IMG/VR virus record: IMGVR_UViG_3300047440_000490
Location: 730 to 64,729 of that record
DNA: 64,000 nucleotides
Reading direction: 5' to 3' (one strand)
Source: a virus
Taxonomy: Duplodnaviria > Caudoviricetes
Below the pieces are notes generated by a model, which did no database searches, was not told where the DNA came from, and saw only the letters and a list, made by a program, of their open reading frames with translations. The position numbers and the translations under genes are program-made. Shown here in pieces: positions 26,483 through 35,573 of this stretch. Each line of letters starts with the position of its first letter. Positions within the stretch are counted from its first letter, which is position 1.

Positions 26483-29400
26483 CCTTCACCAACGCCGACT
26501 GCGGCTTCAATATCCCGGATGATTCTGTAGCCTTCGGCCCGGCCCCACTGTCCGACGTAGAATTCCGAATCGCTCAAATACGGCTGCCATTCCGCGTCCG
26601 CGCAATCGGCGGTGATGAAGTACAGCATCCCTTTGTTGAACGTCGGCTTGAACAAAGTTTTCTGATATGCGCCGGCCGTCGATGGCAGCGTGATCACGGC
26701 CGGCGATGTTCCATCGTAGACGGTAATCGTCAGCGTGACCGGCGCCGTGGACTTATACGCGAACAGGATTTGCCAGATGTGCTTGTAGCCCATCATTCCG
26801 AATGTCGTGCCCTGGTTCTTCCAGAGATTGAGCGACACCGGTACCGACTGGAACATCGGCTGCCAGGACCGAAGCAACGTCGGGACACTTTGCTGTGTGA
26901 AGTCATCGATCCAATCCAGGAGTACTCCCATGTAGCTCAGCTCGAGCCCGATGGGAACATTCGTGTGCTGCCGTGTCGCGGCCGTTGGAATGACAAATAC
27001 CGGCTGAACGGACGATCCCCCCTCGAGAATCGTGGCGTTGACACCGTTGACGGCCGCCGGAATCAGGTCGATGAATTCGTCGTTGTAGAGCTCATTGGAG
27101 CGGACGTCACCGCCGTTCCATTCGAATGTCGCCACGGCCCCAGCGATTGGAACGTCACGGTCGTTGACCAGATCTTCTTGAACGTGAACCAGCCCGTTGT
27201 CGTCGCCCATCACCAATGCGTCGTAGATCGATCCGGTCGATAGCAGCGTGCCGGCCTGTTGCTCGACGTTGTAGTGAACGCCGATCGGATCCGCATACTC
27301 ATCGACCGACCAGGCCGGGTTCGCGCGATCGCGAAGGTCGCAAACCAGCGTGCGCGGGAGACCTTCGGAGTCTCGATAGTCCGCGTAGAGATAGTTGTTC
27401 TTGAAGCAAAGCCGGAACAACGACGCGTATTTGTAATCCGGAGCGTGCACAGTCAGACCGCCGTAGGTGTAATCGCGGCCGATAACGCCTTCATGCGGGA
27501 AGATATTGTGCAGATCCTCATCGGTGAGGTTCTGCCCTTGCGTGGTCCAGATTCCGTCTTTTGCCCAGAAGTAAACCACCACCCCGTCTGTTGCGTGCGC
27601 GTACGGCGCCACCAATCCTCGAGGGACCGGCGCCTCCACGGCCTGGTACCGATTGCCGGATCCGAAATTCGGGTACAGCGCCCACCACCGTTTGGTGCTC
27701 GAGACCAAGGCCAGACCGTTGATGACTTCACCACCCATCAGCGGTTCAGAAGGATTGGTGAGCTCCTGATTGAACTTGTCCGGCGCCGAGTCCGGATTGA
27801 AGGATTTGCAGAAGTACACGTTTCCAGGCCGGAACGGATCGCCGGCGCCGAACACAGTTCCCTCCGCGTCTGGGCCCCACAGATAAGGAAGATCCTGATT
27901 CGCAACGATCGGCTCTTTAATCGTCAGCGTCTGAGGAGTCGCTGTGCCGGCGTTCTCGAGAAGCCGGAACATATACGCGAAATAGTGTGCTGCCGGCGGC
28001 GACGTCAGCGTCACCGCTGTCGGCCGATTCCATAGCGTATACGCATTGAGGTTGTCGAGCGTCATCAGTGTGCCAGGCAGCCATCGCAGAATTGTTGCCG
28101 GTGCCGGATCGGTGAACACCGAAGCCGACGAATAAATCACCAACACGACGGTACCGATGACTTCGATCGTGATCGTGATTCCACCACCACCGCCGGCCGT
28201 GACGTTGTATGGCAGATCGATCGTAGGCCACGGCTGGAAATTGTCGAATTCGATGACGGATCCACCCAGCGCCGCGGTGTCGAAATAGTTGTCGGTGAAC
28301 GTGTCGAGACCGCCAGTGTTTTGCGTGCTGCCGATATAGCGGAACGTGTTGACCGCACCCCCCATGCGGAAGATGTCCCAGGTATCGGCCTGAGTATCGA
28401 GAACAGTGTCCTGCATGGACAAATGGACAGATTGACGTCGCGAAGTGATGCCGTAGCGTGTGGCCGGCGAAGGATTCGACGCCGCACCGGTCAAGCTGCT
28501 GCGAGTACGCATCCGATAGAAGTAAGGGGAGCCGGTCGGACCGATATCCGGCTGATCGCCGATTCCGATCGTATTCGGACCGAATCGAACATTGATCGTT
28601 CCTGTGGTTTCGATCTGCATCCGGAAGCCATTGCAGTCCGACAGTGTCAATCCGATGTTGCTTCCGAACCGTTTGAGCGACGTGATCGGTACCAGAAGCG
28701 TTGTGTACTGGCTTGACGGCAGAATCGACAGCGCGTTGACCTGGGCCGTCAGTTGCGCGAGAGTGATCAATCCTTCATTGAACTTAGCAAACAGCGCGTC
28801 GACCTGAGTCTGTACAGGCGGGTGAGCGATCAATTGCGAAGCGTCAGCCTGGTAATAAAAACCGTCGTCGGTGAAGTTGATCGTCGGATTCGTGTTGAAA
28901 ATGAACGTCACCGCCACGAGACGTTCAAGATCGCTGATATTGACGGAAAAGCCGACATAGTCGTACTGCTGCGTCACCGCGCTTCCATCTGACGAAACAA
29001 CGTTGAATGGGCTCGTGACAAACGGTGAAACCGAAACAGTACCGATGCCGGCGCCAGTCTGAAGGTACGTGATATCTGCGGTCGTGATTGTCGCTCCGGT
29101 AGATGCTGGCGATATCCCCTGGCATCCGAAAGCCGGAACTCCGGTGATTGTGTCGCCGGCGACGAAGGCCTTGACTGTGTCCGCTTCGAAACAGACAGTT
29201 CCATCCGGACCCACCGTCACACTGAGAACGAAGACGAACTCGGTACCGACGCCGCCACTGAGTTCCACAATCGAGCCGCGCACCAATGCTGCAAGTGGAC
29301 TGGTCGAGTAAGGAGAAGGCGCCGTGCCGGATATCTGAAACGCGTTGGAAACCGGGCTTTGTATGGGAACGATGACACACTGCCCGGTGGCGCCGCCGGA

Positions 29401-29997
29401 GAGATAGAAGATCGATTCGATCGCAATCGGCGCGCCGCCGTTGATTTCCGGATAGATCTCCGTCACGGCGGTATCTTCACCGGTACTGAAATGCGTGGCC
29501 ATTCCGATCTGAAGGCCGTCGAGCGTGCTGACCTGAACACTGGCCTTGATATCGGTGACGCCTTGTTCGGCCGGATCGGCAAGGATGGTTCCTGCGGTAT
29601 CGGAGTAACGAACGGTGTCGGCAAGGCCGCTGGCTGTTCCGCCGGCTACCCAGACGACCGCGGGACCAGAATAACTGGTGAACTCAAAATCATTCGGACA
29701 AGCGCCAGGCGCATCATGTTGCTCCTCGATTCCCACTTCTTGTTCGATGACACCCTGCGTCACGATGTCCGGAGCGGAGTACTTCTTGTAATCCTCGGCG
29801 CCGGCAACGTACATCCAGGCTTGGGGAGACGCATTCGGCCGATACGGAATCATGCACGCGCCCTGCGAAGTGCCGCTGAGCGTGCCAACCTGTCCGCTGT
29901 CGACGAAGATCCGGTTGGACGAATCTCTCACTAGGAGAACCGGGAAGTTGTCGGTCTCGAGGGTGGAGTAAGCCCGAATGTCTGTAATCGCTGCCAT
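26479..29997 (-). CDS. Tail nozzle/tubular protein B-like (lacks the usual N-terminus)
   Basis: 1172-aa beta-rich protein with VYFCKSFNPDS.P and VYFWAKDGIW propeller patterns. Confidence 0.65.
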   Translation of the reverse strand: MAAITDIRAYSTLETDNFPVLLVRDSSNRIFVDSGQVGTLSGTSQGACMIPYRPNASPQAWMYVAGAEDYKKYSAPDIVTQGVIEQEVGIEEQHDAPGACPNDFEFTSYSGPAVVWVAGGTASGLADTVRYSDTAGTILADPAEQGVTDIKASVQVSTLDGLQIGMATHFSTGEDTAVTEIYPEINGGAPIAIESIFYLSGGATGQCVIVPIQSPVSNAFQISGTAPSPYSTSPLAALVRGSIVELSGGVGTEFVFVLSVTVGPDGTVCFEADTVKAFVAGDTITGVPAFGCQGISPASTGATITTADITYLQTGAGIGTVSVSPFVTSPFNVVSSDGSAVTQQYDYVGFSVNISDLERLVAVTFIFNTNPTINFTDDGFYYQADASQLIAHPPVQTQVDALFAKFNEGLITLAQLTAQVNALSILPSSQYTTLLVPITSLKRFGSNIGLTLSDCNGFRMQIETTGTINVRFGPNTIGIGDQPDIGPTGSPYFYRMRTRSSLTGAASNPSPATRYGITSRRQSVHLSMQDTVLDTQADTWDIFRMGGAVNTFRYIGSTQNTGGLDTFTDNYFDTAALGGSVIEFDNFQPWPTIDLPYNVTAGGGGGITITIEVIGTVVLVIYSSASVFTDPAPATILRWLPGTLMTLDNLNAYTLWNRPTAVTLTSPPAAHYFAYMFRLLENAGTATPQTLTIKEPIVANQDLPYLWGPDAEGTVFGAGDPFRPGNVYFCKSFNPDSAPDKFNQELTNPSEPLMGGEVINGLALVSSTKRWWALYPNFGSGNRYQAVEAPVPRGLVAPYAHATDGVVVYFWAKDGIWTTQGQNLTDEDLHNIFPHEGVIGRDYTYGGLTVHAPDYKYASLFRLCFKNNYLYADYRDSEGLPRTLVCDLRDRANPAWSVDEYADPIGVHYNVEQQAGTLLSTGSIYDALVMGDDNGLVHVQEDLVNDRDVPIAGAVATFEWNGGDVRSNELYNDEFIDLIPAAVNGVNATILEGGSSVQPVFVIPTAATRQHTNVPIGLELSYMGVLLDWIDDFTQQSVPTLLRSWQPMFQSVPVSLNLWKNQGTTFGMMGYKHIWQILFAYKSTAPVTLTITVYDGTSPAVITLPSTAGAYQKTLFKPTFNKGMLYFITADCADAEWQPYLSDSEFYVGQWGRAEGYRIIRDIEAAVGVGEG

Positions 29998-31188
29998 TTA
30001 AGTATCCGCACAGGTTATGAAAACCTGTGCACCGTTGCTATCTGCGTGGGAACCAGTTGACACAAACGCCGATGACGACTCGAAAGATACAATCGAATTG
30101 AGATTATTTACGTTCAAAGGCGGCGCATCTTCTACGAAAAGAATTCCGTCGCTGGAATGAGCAAACGTACCGTTAAAGCCTCCGGCACTACTACCCGGAC
30201 CCGCTGCCAGAAACAGTCCCAGAGACGTAGACCAGGCCACTCCGTTATAGAGTCCAGCTCCCGATGGAAATACCGGGATAGTTCCGAGCGTCCATGACAT
30301 TCCGTCGGAGGAGTGCATTGTCCGATTGTCGACGCCGGAACCAAGTCCACCGACGGCGACAATCAGTCCGAGCGTTGGCGAATATGCCAGAGCATGCCAT
30401 TCGTTATCGCTGACGGCGGTCCGTTGAGTCCAGACGACGCCATCGGGAGAAGTAACAACGGGCTGATTCAAACTGGGATCTGTCCCAACCGAAATGAACA
30501 GATTCAGTGCGGAAACCCAGATAACCGCATTGGGCAGCTGATTGAAGTTACCCGGAAACGTCTGGAGCGTCCAAGTGACTCCATCTGGAGACGTCATCGC
30601 AAGGGGTAGTCCGGACCCGGACTGGTCGCTTCCGACGGCAACAAACTGGCTCTGTTCATGGGACCAACAAACTGAGGTCCAATCGAAATTTGGAGCCGTC
30701 GTTTGCTGTGTCCATGCTGAACCGTTGGCCGATGTCATCACGTTGGCTGTTCCTCCACCATTGCGGGAACCAACAGCACAGAAGATCATCAGATCTGGGG
30801 ACCAGCACATACCGACAGCCGTCATTCCCAAAATTCCCAAGCTGTGCCCTGTCCACGTAACGCCGTCGATCGACGTCGCGGATCTTTCCGTAGTGCCCGT
30901 ATTTCCTATCGTCAAAAGAAGCGGAATCTCAGGAGCATAAGCCAGAACATCCCAAACAGCGGTGGGGCTCGTCACGGCCTCGTCGGTAAGCAAGAGTGAC
31001 GAACATCCCGTCGGAGTCGGGTTGGTATCAAACAGGAGCGCGTAGCCTGGCCGAGTCTGGAGCGATTTCACGTACCGGACATTGCGAGCGTACGGGTACT
31101 TCGTCGGCGGCATCTCGTCGGCCGCCGTGTTTGTTTTCATTCCACCGAAGTTGTATCTCCATCCGCCTTCCGGCCGTTGGAATCCCAT
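29998..31188 (-). CDS. Nozzle-type N-terminal segment fused to a BNR/Asp-box beta-propeller
   Basis: FGGM.T....DEMP..KY..A.NVR....L.TRPG followed by repeated (T)S.DG..WT / W..V.WS..L..FVAVG units. Confidence 0.7.
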   Translation of the reverse strand: MGFQRPEGGWRYNFGGMKTNTAADEMPPTKYPYARNVRYVKSLQTRPGYALLFDTNPTPTGCSSLLLTDEAVTSPTAVWDVLAYAPEIPLLLTIGNTGTTERSATSIDGVTWTGHSLGILGMTAVGMCWSPDLMIFCAVGSRNGGGTANVMTSANGSAWTQQTTAPNFDWTSVCWSHEQSQFVAVGSDQSGSGLPLAMTSPDGVTWTLQTFPGNFNQLPNAVIWVSALNLFISVGTDPSLNQPVVTSPDGVVWTQRTAVSDNEWHALAYSPTLGLIVAVGGLGSGVDNRTMHSSDGMSWTLGTIPVFPSGAGLYNGVAWSTSLGLFLAAGPGSSAGGFNGTFAHSSDGILFVEDAPPLNVNNLNSIVSFESSSAFVSTGSHADSNGAQVFITCADT

Positions 31189-31196
31189 TGTTCACA

Positions 31197-31601
31197 TTAC
31201 GTCCAGAAGACGATCTGGCCTTCGATATTCATTGCACCAGAGGTCCAAAGCACCGAGTACGGCAAAAGCAGTAACTGGGATGTTGCAGCAACAATTGCCG
31301 CAATCAGGGATTGAGTAGCCAATCCCTGTGGAGTACCGTAGAAATTCGTATCGACCCGTTTGGCGGCAACCAGCCCGAACGGCAGCGCGATCTTTGCTTG
31401 TGCTGGCGTACCGCTGAGACTGCCACCGTTGATATTCAGGCTCCAGATATAGACATTGTTCCCGATCTTAATCAGGTTGTTCGTAGTGACTTGGCCGCTG
31501 GTGACAGTCCATGTTCCAGACGACGCCGTATAATCACCAGCGTTGAATGGAACATCCTGCGGTTGGGCAATAACTAGATCGTTGTTGACCTGTACGGGCA
31601 T
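31197..31601 (-). CDS. Small receptor-binding-head-like virion protein
   Basis: Beta-rich with KIGNNVYI..I.LPF pattern. Lies in the tail region. Confidence 0.55.
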   Translation of the reverse strand: MPVQVNNDLVIAQPQDVPFNAGDYTASSGTWTVTSGQVTTNNLIKIGNNVYIWSLNINGGSLSGTPAQAKIALPFGLVAAKRVDTNFYGTPQGLATQSLIAAIVAATSQLLLLPYSVLWTSGAMNIEGQIVFWT

Positions 31602-31610
31602 GTCGGTCTC

Positions 31611-31808
31611 CTATTTCTTGTAGTTCATTCCCATCGAACGCTTCGGCAGTCCCCTCTTTCGCGTGATTCCGCGGCTGCCGGGAGTTTTGATCGGCTTCAG
31701 ATTCATTTTCACGCCTAAACTGTCCTTGCTGCTGGGGCCTTGAATATCGGCGCTCACTCCATTCTTCTGCATGGTGTCTCCTTCTCCGTTTGCGTATTGA
31801 TCGTTCAT
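31611..31808 (-). CDS. Hypothetical basic protein
   Basis: AAGGA SD. Within the operon. Confidence 0.55.
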   Translation of the reverse strand: MNDQYANGEGDTMQKNGVSADIQGPSSKDSLGVKMNLKPIKTPGSRGITRKRGLPKRSMGMNYKK

Positions 31809-31818
31809 GGTCGATTCC

Positions 31819-32253
31819 TTAACACTTTTTCGCAGCGCCCATCTTGCGAGCGTTTCCGCCGCCGTATTTCTTCGCGGCGGACTTTGTCAAAACCCTTTCG
31901 CCTGTATGAATCAACGCCAAGCCGCCCTTTTTCACCCGGCCGCCCTTCTTGTAAGCGAAGGGCTTCGCCTGTTTCTCGTTCGCCTGGCGCTTCAGCATGT
32001 CGTCAGGGGTATCCTGCTTGGTATCGTTCTTCATGTTCAGGCGCCCAAGGGCCTGACGCGAGGCCGCGGTCTTGTAGTCATCCGGCGTCGGAATTTTCAG
32101 CGATAAGCGCTTCTGTTCGATCTTCTCTTCGTCCGGGTCGGTAGCCTTGTTCTCCATCGCATTCCCTTTGGCTTCCTCGGGAGTCATTTTCTTATGCGTG
32201 ATCGTCTGCTTTGTGGCCTTGGCCTCTTCCGCGGTCATCTTCTTATCGGGCAT
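31819..32253 (-). CDS. Basic protein with KKGG.VKK.GLA.IH.GE.VL motif
   Basis: GAGGAGG SD. Motif visible in the translation. Confidence 0.7.
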   Translation of the reverse strand: MPDKKMTAEEAKATKQTITHKKMTPEEAKGNAMENKATDPDEEKIEQKRLSLKIPTPDDYKTAASRQALGRLNMKNDTKQDTPDDMLKRQANEKQAKPFAYKKGGRVKKGGLALIHTGERVLTKSAAKKYGGGNARKMGAAKKC

Positions 32254-32262
32254 AGAACCTCC

Positions 32263-32877
32263 TCAGTTACAAACCCAGCCGTTGTTCAGCCGCTTTGCGA
32301 TCGCTCCGGTACCCCCGCTGGCGCACGGCGCCGCGATCGTGCAATTGGTACAGTACTTAATCGTTCCGTTGTTGGGCGTTCCCAATGCCGAAAACAGAAC
32401 ACCATTGAACGCGAGCGAATCCAGCGTTGTCGCCGCTAATGTCGTTACGCCAGTCACGGTCAACGTCGTCGCGTTGATCGTCGTGATCGCATTGGAATCG
32501 AACAGGCCCACACCTGACAACGTGAATGATGTCGGAAGACCGCCCCCACTCAGGACCACATCGTAGAGACCTTGTGCGGCATAGAACTGCCATGATCCGT
32601 TCGATTGCGCCGTGAAAGGATTACCCAGTGGTGTCGGTGAACCGGCATTGTCGGAAAAGATCGTCGCCGGCGTACCGGTACCAGCCAGAAAAACCGTAAC
32701 GGTGCATGAAGGAAAGGACTTCTGCACTTTCGTCGTCGATGCCAGGCCGCCGGTCGACACGGTCTGATTGCCGTACTCGCACCAGCCGCGCGCCGCGGAA
32801 TTGGCTTTCGTTGGCTGCAGTGTGTAATAGAACAGCGCCGTGAGAATGACCGAAAGAATGACGAGTTTCTTTTTCAT
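32263..32877 (-). CDS. Signal-peptide-bearing tailspike head-binding-like protein
   Basis: MKKKLVILSVILTALF..TKA signal, then TVTVFLAGT.TPATIFSD..GNPFTA...G...FYA..G.YDV. Six Cys. Confidence 0.65.
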   Translation of the reverse strand: MKKKLVILSVILTALFYYTLQPTKANSAARGWCEYGNQTVSTGGLASTTKVQKSFPSCTVTVFLAGTGTPATIFSDNAGSPTPLGNPFTAQSNGSWQFYAAQGLYDVVLSGGGLPTSFTLSGVGLFDSNAITTINATTLTVTGVTTLAATTLDSLAFNGVLFSALGTPNNGTIKYCTNCTIAAPCASGGTGAIAKRLNNGWVCN

Positions 32878-34229
32878 GACTTCACCGTTGTTGAATCCTG
32901 TCCCTGAAAGGATGGATGGAGTTGTTCATCGCTCTGACCGCGGCCGTCCAGGAACTCGAGGTACAGCGACAGCGCAGACAGCTTCGAGTTGTACAGCGTG
33001 CAACGTCGCAGAAAGTTTCCATGCAACGGAAACGTCTCGGCGAACTCGGCGCCGCCACACTTGAAGGTGGCAAGGTGTTGAGCCTCATCCAGAACGGCCG
33101 AAAAATCGTCACGGCCGACTTGGATAAAATCGGCATCCAGCGACGGCAGCACCATGTTGCGCACCACACTCGCGGTAACAGAGAAGCCCGTCGACGTCGG
33201 CTGGGCAGCGAGCGCAATCATGTTCAGGCCGGCATAGTAGAGTTTTGTCGGCGTCCCAGGCGTGGCACCCTGCCAGTTGGCATCGTAGGAATCACCGGCC
33301 GTCATCGATACTGGGATAACGGGAATGTTGTTGATACGCGCGCCCAGGAGTGCCGGCGCCGATCGCATGGCGTCGAGTCCTTCCTTGTAACGCATGTCGC
33401 AGTACTTTTCCCGGTAGGGATCTGAGGCAACGCTGTCACGGCCCAACAGTTGTGACAGCGCGCCCCACTTTGCCACCCAGCACCAATCGTTGGGAATTGG
33501 CAAAACCGTGGCGCTCAGCGTCGACAGATCCGCACCGGCATTGACCGTGAGGATGTCGTACTGGCCCGGTACCGCCGGCTGAATGTCGACGTCGAAGGCA
33601 AGGGGCGGTTCCGTCGACAGCCGATACGTCAACGGGATCCCCGGTGCGGCCTGTACAAAGTCGGACTCAAATGCTTGCTGGGCCCAGAGGTCGGATGGCA
33701 CCAGCGTATTCAAGCTGTAGCCGAGCCCGGTATTCGGGATCCAGACCACACGCCGGAGTCCGATGACGGTTTGCACCATAAACGTCCTGCCAGCGGCCGC
33801 GGCGATCAAGCTCTCGGTGATCGTGCATCGGCTTTCGGACAGAACTTCATCTCTCACCTGCTGGATCGCGTTGAGGATATCGGTCAGGTTGAATTGGAGG
33901 GAACCAGTCCATGCCAGGGGATAGGTGGGAGTCTGGGGCTCCAACAGGTGATATTCGATCAAACTGATAAGGGTCTGATCGGTTTCCGAAAGCGCGCGCA
34001 ACGTTGCCGGCATCTGCGTCACGTTGGTCATGTCATACCAGGTCACATTCGCTTGCGAGTTGAAGACAAACTCTTCCCGGTAGAAGTTGGCAAGGGCATT
34101 GAAGCTCTGCAGGGCTTCTTTGATGTAGGCCCCCAGCTCGGCGTCGCTGGTGAACTGCTTTGTCGGATCACCGAGCCGTTCTGCCAGCGCTGTCTTTGCC
34201 TGGGCGAATGTGGAGTAACTATAGGCCAT
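32874..34229 (-). CDS. Head-tail adaptor-like protein (tandem domains)
   Basis: TF......LA.RLGD....F.SD.EL..YI.EAL N-terminus. A second similar helix internally. Confidence 0.65.
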   Translation of the reverse strand: MAYSYSTFAQAKTALAERLGDPTKQFTSDAELGAYIKEALQSFNALANFYREEFVFNSQANVTWYDMTNVTQMPATLRALSETDQTLISLIEYHLLEPQTPTYPLAWTGSLQFNLTDILNAIQQVRDEVLSESRCTITESLIAAAAGRTFMVQTVIGLRRVVWIPNTGLGYSLNTLVPSDLWAQQAFESDFVQAAPGIPLTYRLSTEPPLAFDVDIQPAVPGQYDILTVNAGADLSTLSATVLPIPNDWCWVAKWGALSQLLGRDSVASDPYREKYCDMRYKEGLDAMRSAPALLGARINNIPVIPVSMTAGDSYDANWQGATPGTPTKLYYAGLNMIALAAQPTSTGFSVTASVVRNMVLPSLDADFIQVGRDDFSAVLDEAQHLATFKCGGAEFAETFPLHGNFLRRCTLYNSKLSALSLYLEFLDGRGQSDEQLHPSFQGQDSTTVKS

Positions 34230-34290
34230 TGTGTTATATTCCAACCCGTAGCTGCTCTCGCTGGAGCCTCTACCCTTTTCTGCTCAAATC

Positions 34291-34321
34291 CGGCCGGGAC
34301 CGCGAATCCCGGCCGTTTTTT
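34291..34321 (+). terminator. GC hairpin with T-tract on the plus strand
   Basis: CGGCCGGGA-N7-TCCCGGCCG followed by TTTTTT. Antisense to the operon, possibly bidirectional. Confidence 0.5.
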
Positions 34322-34499
34322 ATTTCCCGACCGGAGGAACGACGTAAGCCGCTTGATTGGTGAGTAAGCGCATACCGATGTTGGCAACAGCCATTGTCGG
34401 CATTGAATACTTCGGTGGAATTATTCCTGACGCTCCAATGGAAATCGCACCACCGAGCAAGTTCAGCCAGAACGTTTTCGAAGCGAAAATTGATTTCAT
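34320..34499 (-). CDS. Small holin-like membrane protein (59 aa, not in ORF track)
   Basis: AGGAGG SD. MKSIFASKTFWLNLLGGAISIGASGIIPPKYSMPTMAVANIGMRLLTNQAAYVVPPVGK. Adjacent to the endolysin. Confidence 0.65.
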   Translation of the reverse strand: MKSIFASKTFWLNLLGGAISIGASGIIPPKYSMPTMAVANIGMRLLTNQAAYVVPPVGK

Positions 34500-34507
34500 G
34501 ATTCCTC

Positions 34508-34900
34508 CTAAAGTTTTTTCTTCGTGCCCGTTGGGTATAGCCAGACCACCTGTTGATCGAGAGTCGTCGAATCGTCCAAATGAATAAAAGTGTCACCGAT
34601 TCCAATCCGCTTGAACCCCAGGCGAAAAGCGTTCGCTAGAATCGCGTAGCGCGTCCTCGAGGCCAAACAGCGAATGTCGGCTGCTTCCCCGGTCAGATGA
34701 GCGGAGCCGGTTTCCCCGCCGACGGCCGCGTTATGCTCCGGCGTGCGGAATCCCGAATCCACGATCAACGGGAAACCGCACTCATCCCTGAGAATGTCCA
34801 GCTTCTTGACGAAGCCAAACTTCATCCCTTCGCCGGATCCAGGCAGGTCCGGACTATCGAACTGCTTTGAATCGAAGAACTGAACCCCTGGCCAGTTCAC
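34508..34900 (-). CDS. Peptidase M15A-type endolysin
   Basis: SGFRTPEHN..VGG...S.H..G.AADI and IG....FIHLD motifs. Confidence 0.9.
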   Translation of the reverse strand: MNWPGVQFFDSKQFDSPDLPGSGEGMKFGFVKKLDILRDECGFPLIVDSGFRTPEHNAAVGGETGSAHLTGEAADIRCLASRTRYAILANAFRLGFKRIGIGDTFIHLDDSTTLDQQVVWLYPTGTKKKL

Positions 34901-35157
34901 GGTTTTACACCACCGAAATATCGATCCATTTGAGCTTCAATCCGTCCCACACGATAGGAGACTCCATCCAACTGCGCTGTCACCCTGCCGGTAACATAAG
35001 CCGCACCGAGAATTTGTATCGCAAGGCTGACAATGATTGCCCACACCCAAGGCTGAATTCGCAAGCCGCCGGAGCTGTTACGATCTTCTTCATTCACCAT
35101 TTTCAGTGTCTCTACTCCCCTCATCCTGTGCTGCGGCTTGAACAATTCTATAGGCAT
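34897..35157 (-). CDS. Single-TM protein, lysis-associated (putative)
   Basis: Hydrophobic segment plus short coiled coil. Coupled to the endolysin. Confidence 0.55.
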   Translation of the reverse strand: MPIELFKPQHRMRGVETLKMVNEEDRNSSGGLRIQPWVWAIIVSLAIQILGAAYVTGRVTAQLDGVSYRVGRIEAQMDRYFGGVKP

Positions 35158-35166
35158 CGATGCTCC

Positions 35167-35562
35167 TTATCGCGTAATGAGAAGCGTCGTACTGACATCG
35201 TTGGTCAGTGTCACGACTCGCCCACGAACGTACTTGGGCCAGGTAAATCCAATCGCAGCGCGTCCAAAGTTGCTCGAATTCACCGCAACGATGGTGACGA
35301 TTGACACGTAGGCAGCGTCAATGTCCTGCTCCGCGGCCTCGATATCGATTTCGAATACTCCGGGAGGGCCGGAGAAATTCACCTGTAGAGCGGCCCCCCA
35401 CGGGTAATTAGCGGACTTCTGTCGCTCCAGCTCCACGGCAACGCTGGCTTGTGTCGCAAGCACCCGCTGATTCTGCCAGAGGAAGTACTGATGTCCGGCG
35501 TTGAGTAAGCGAGCCTGTCCGGGCTGGTAGAATCCCGGCTGTTGCAATGATCCAAAAGGCAT
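35167..35562 (-). CDS. Virion structural protein (putative)
   Basis: Beta-rich, ending YVRGRV. AAGGAG SD. Confidence 0.6.
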   Translation of the reverse strand: MPFGSLQQPGFYQPGQARLLNAGHQYFLWQNQRVLATQASVAVELERQKSANYPWGAALQVNFSGPPGVFEIDIEAAEQDIDAAYVSIVTIVAVNSSNFGRAAIGFTWPKYVRGRVVTLTNDVSTTLLITR

Positions 35563-35573
35563 AAACTCTCCTT

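Noticed and set aside
25121-31601. Diversity-generating retroelement or invertible tail cassette
   Set aside because: No reverse transcriptase, invertase or template/variable repeat pair noticed.
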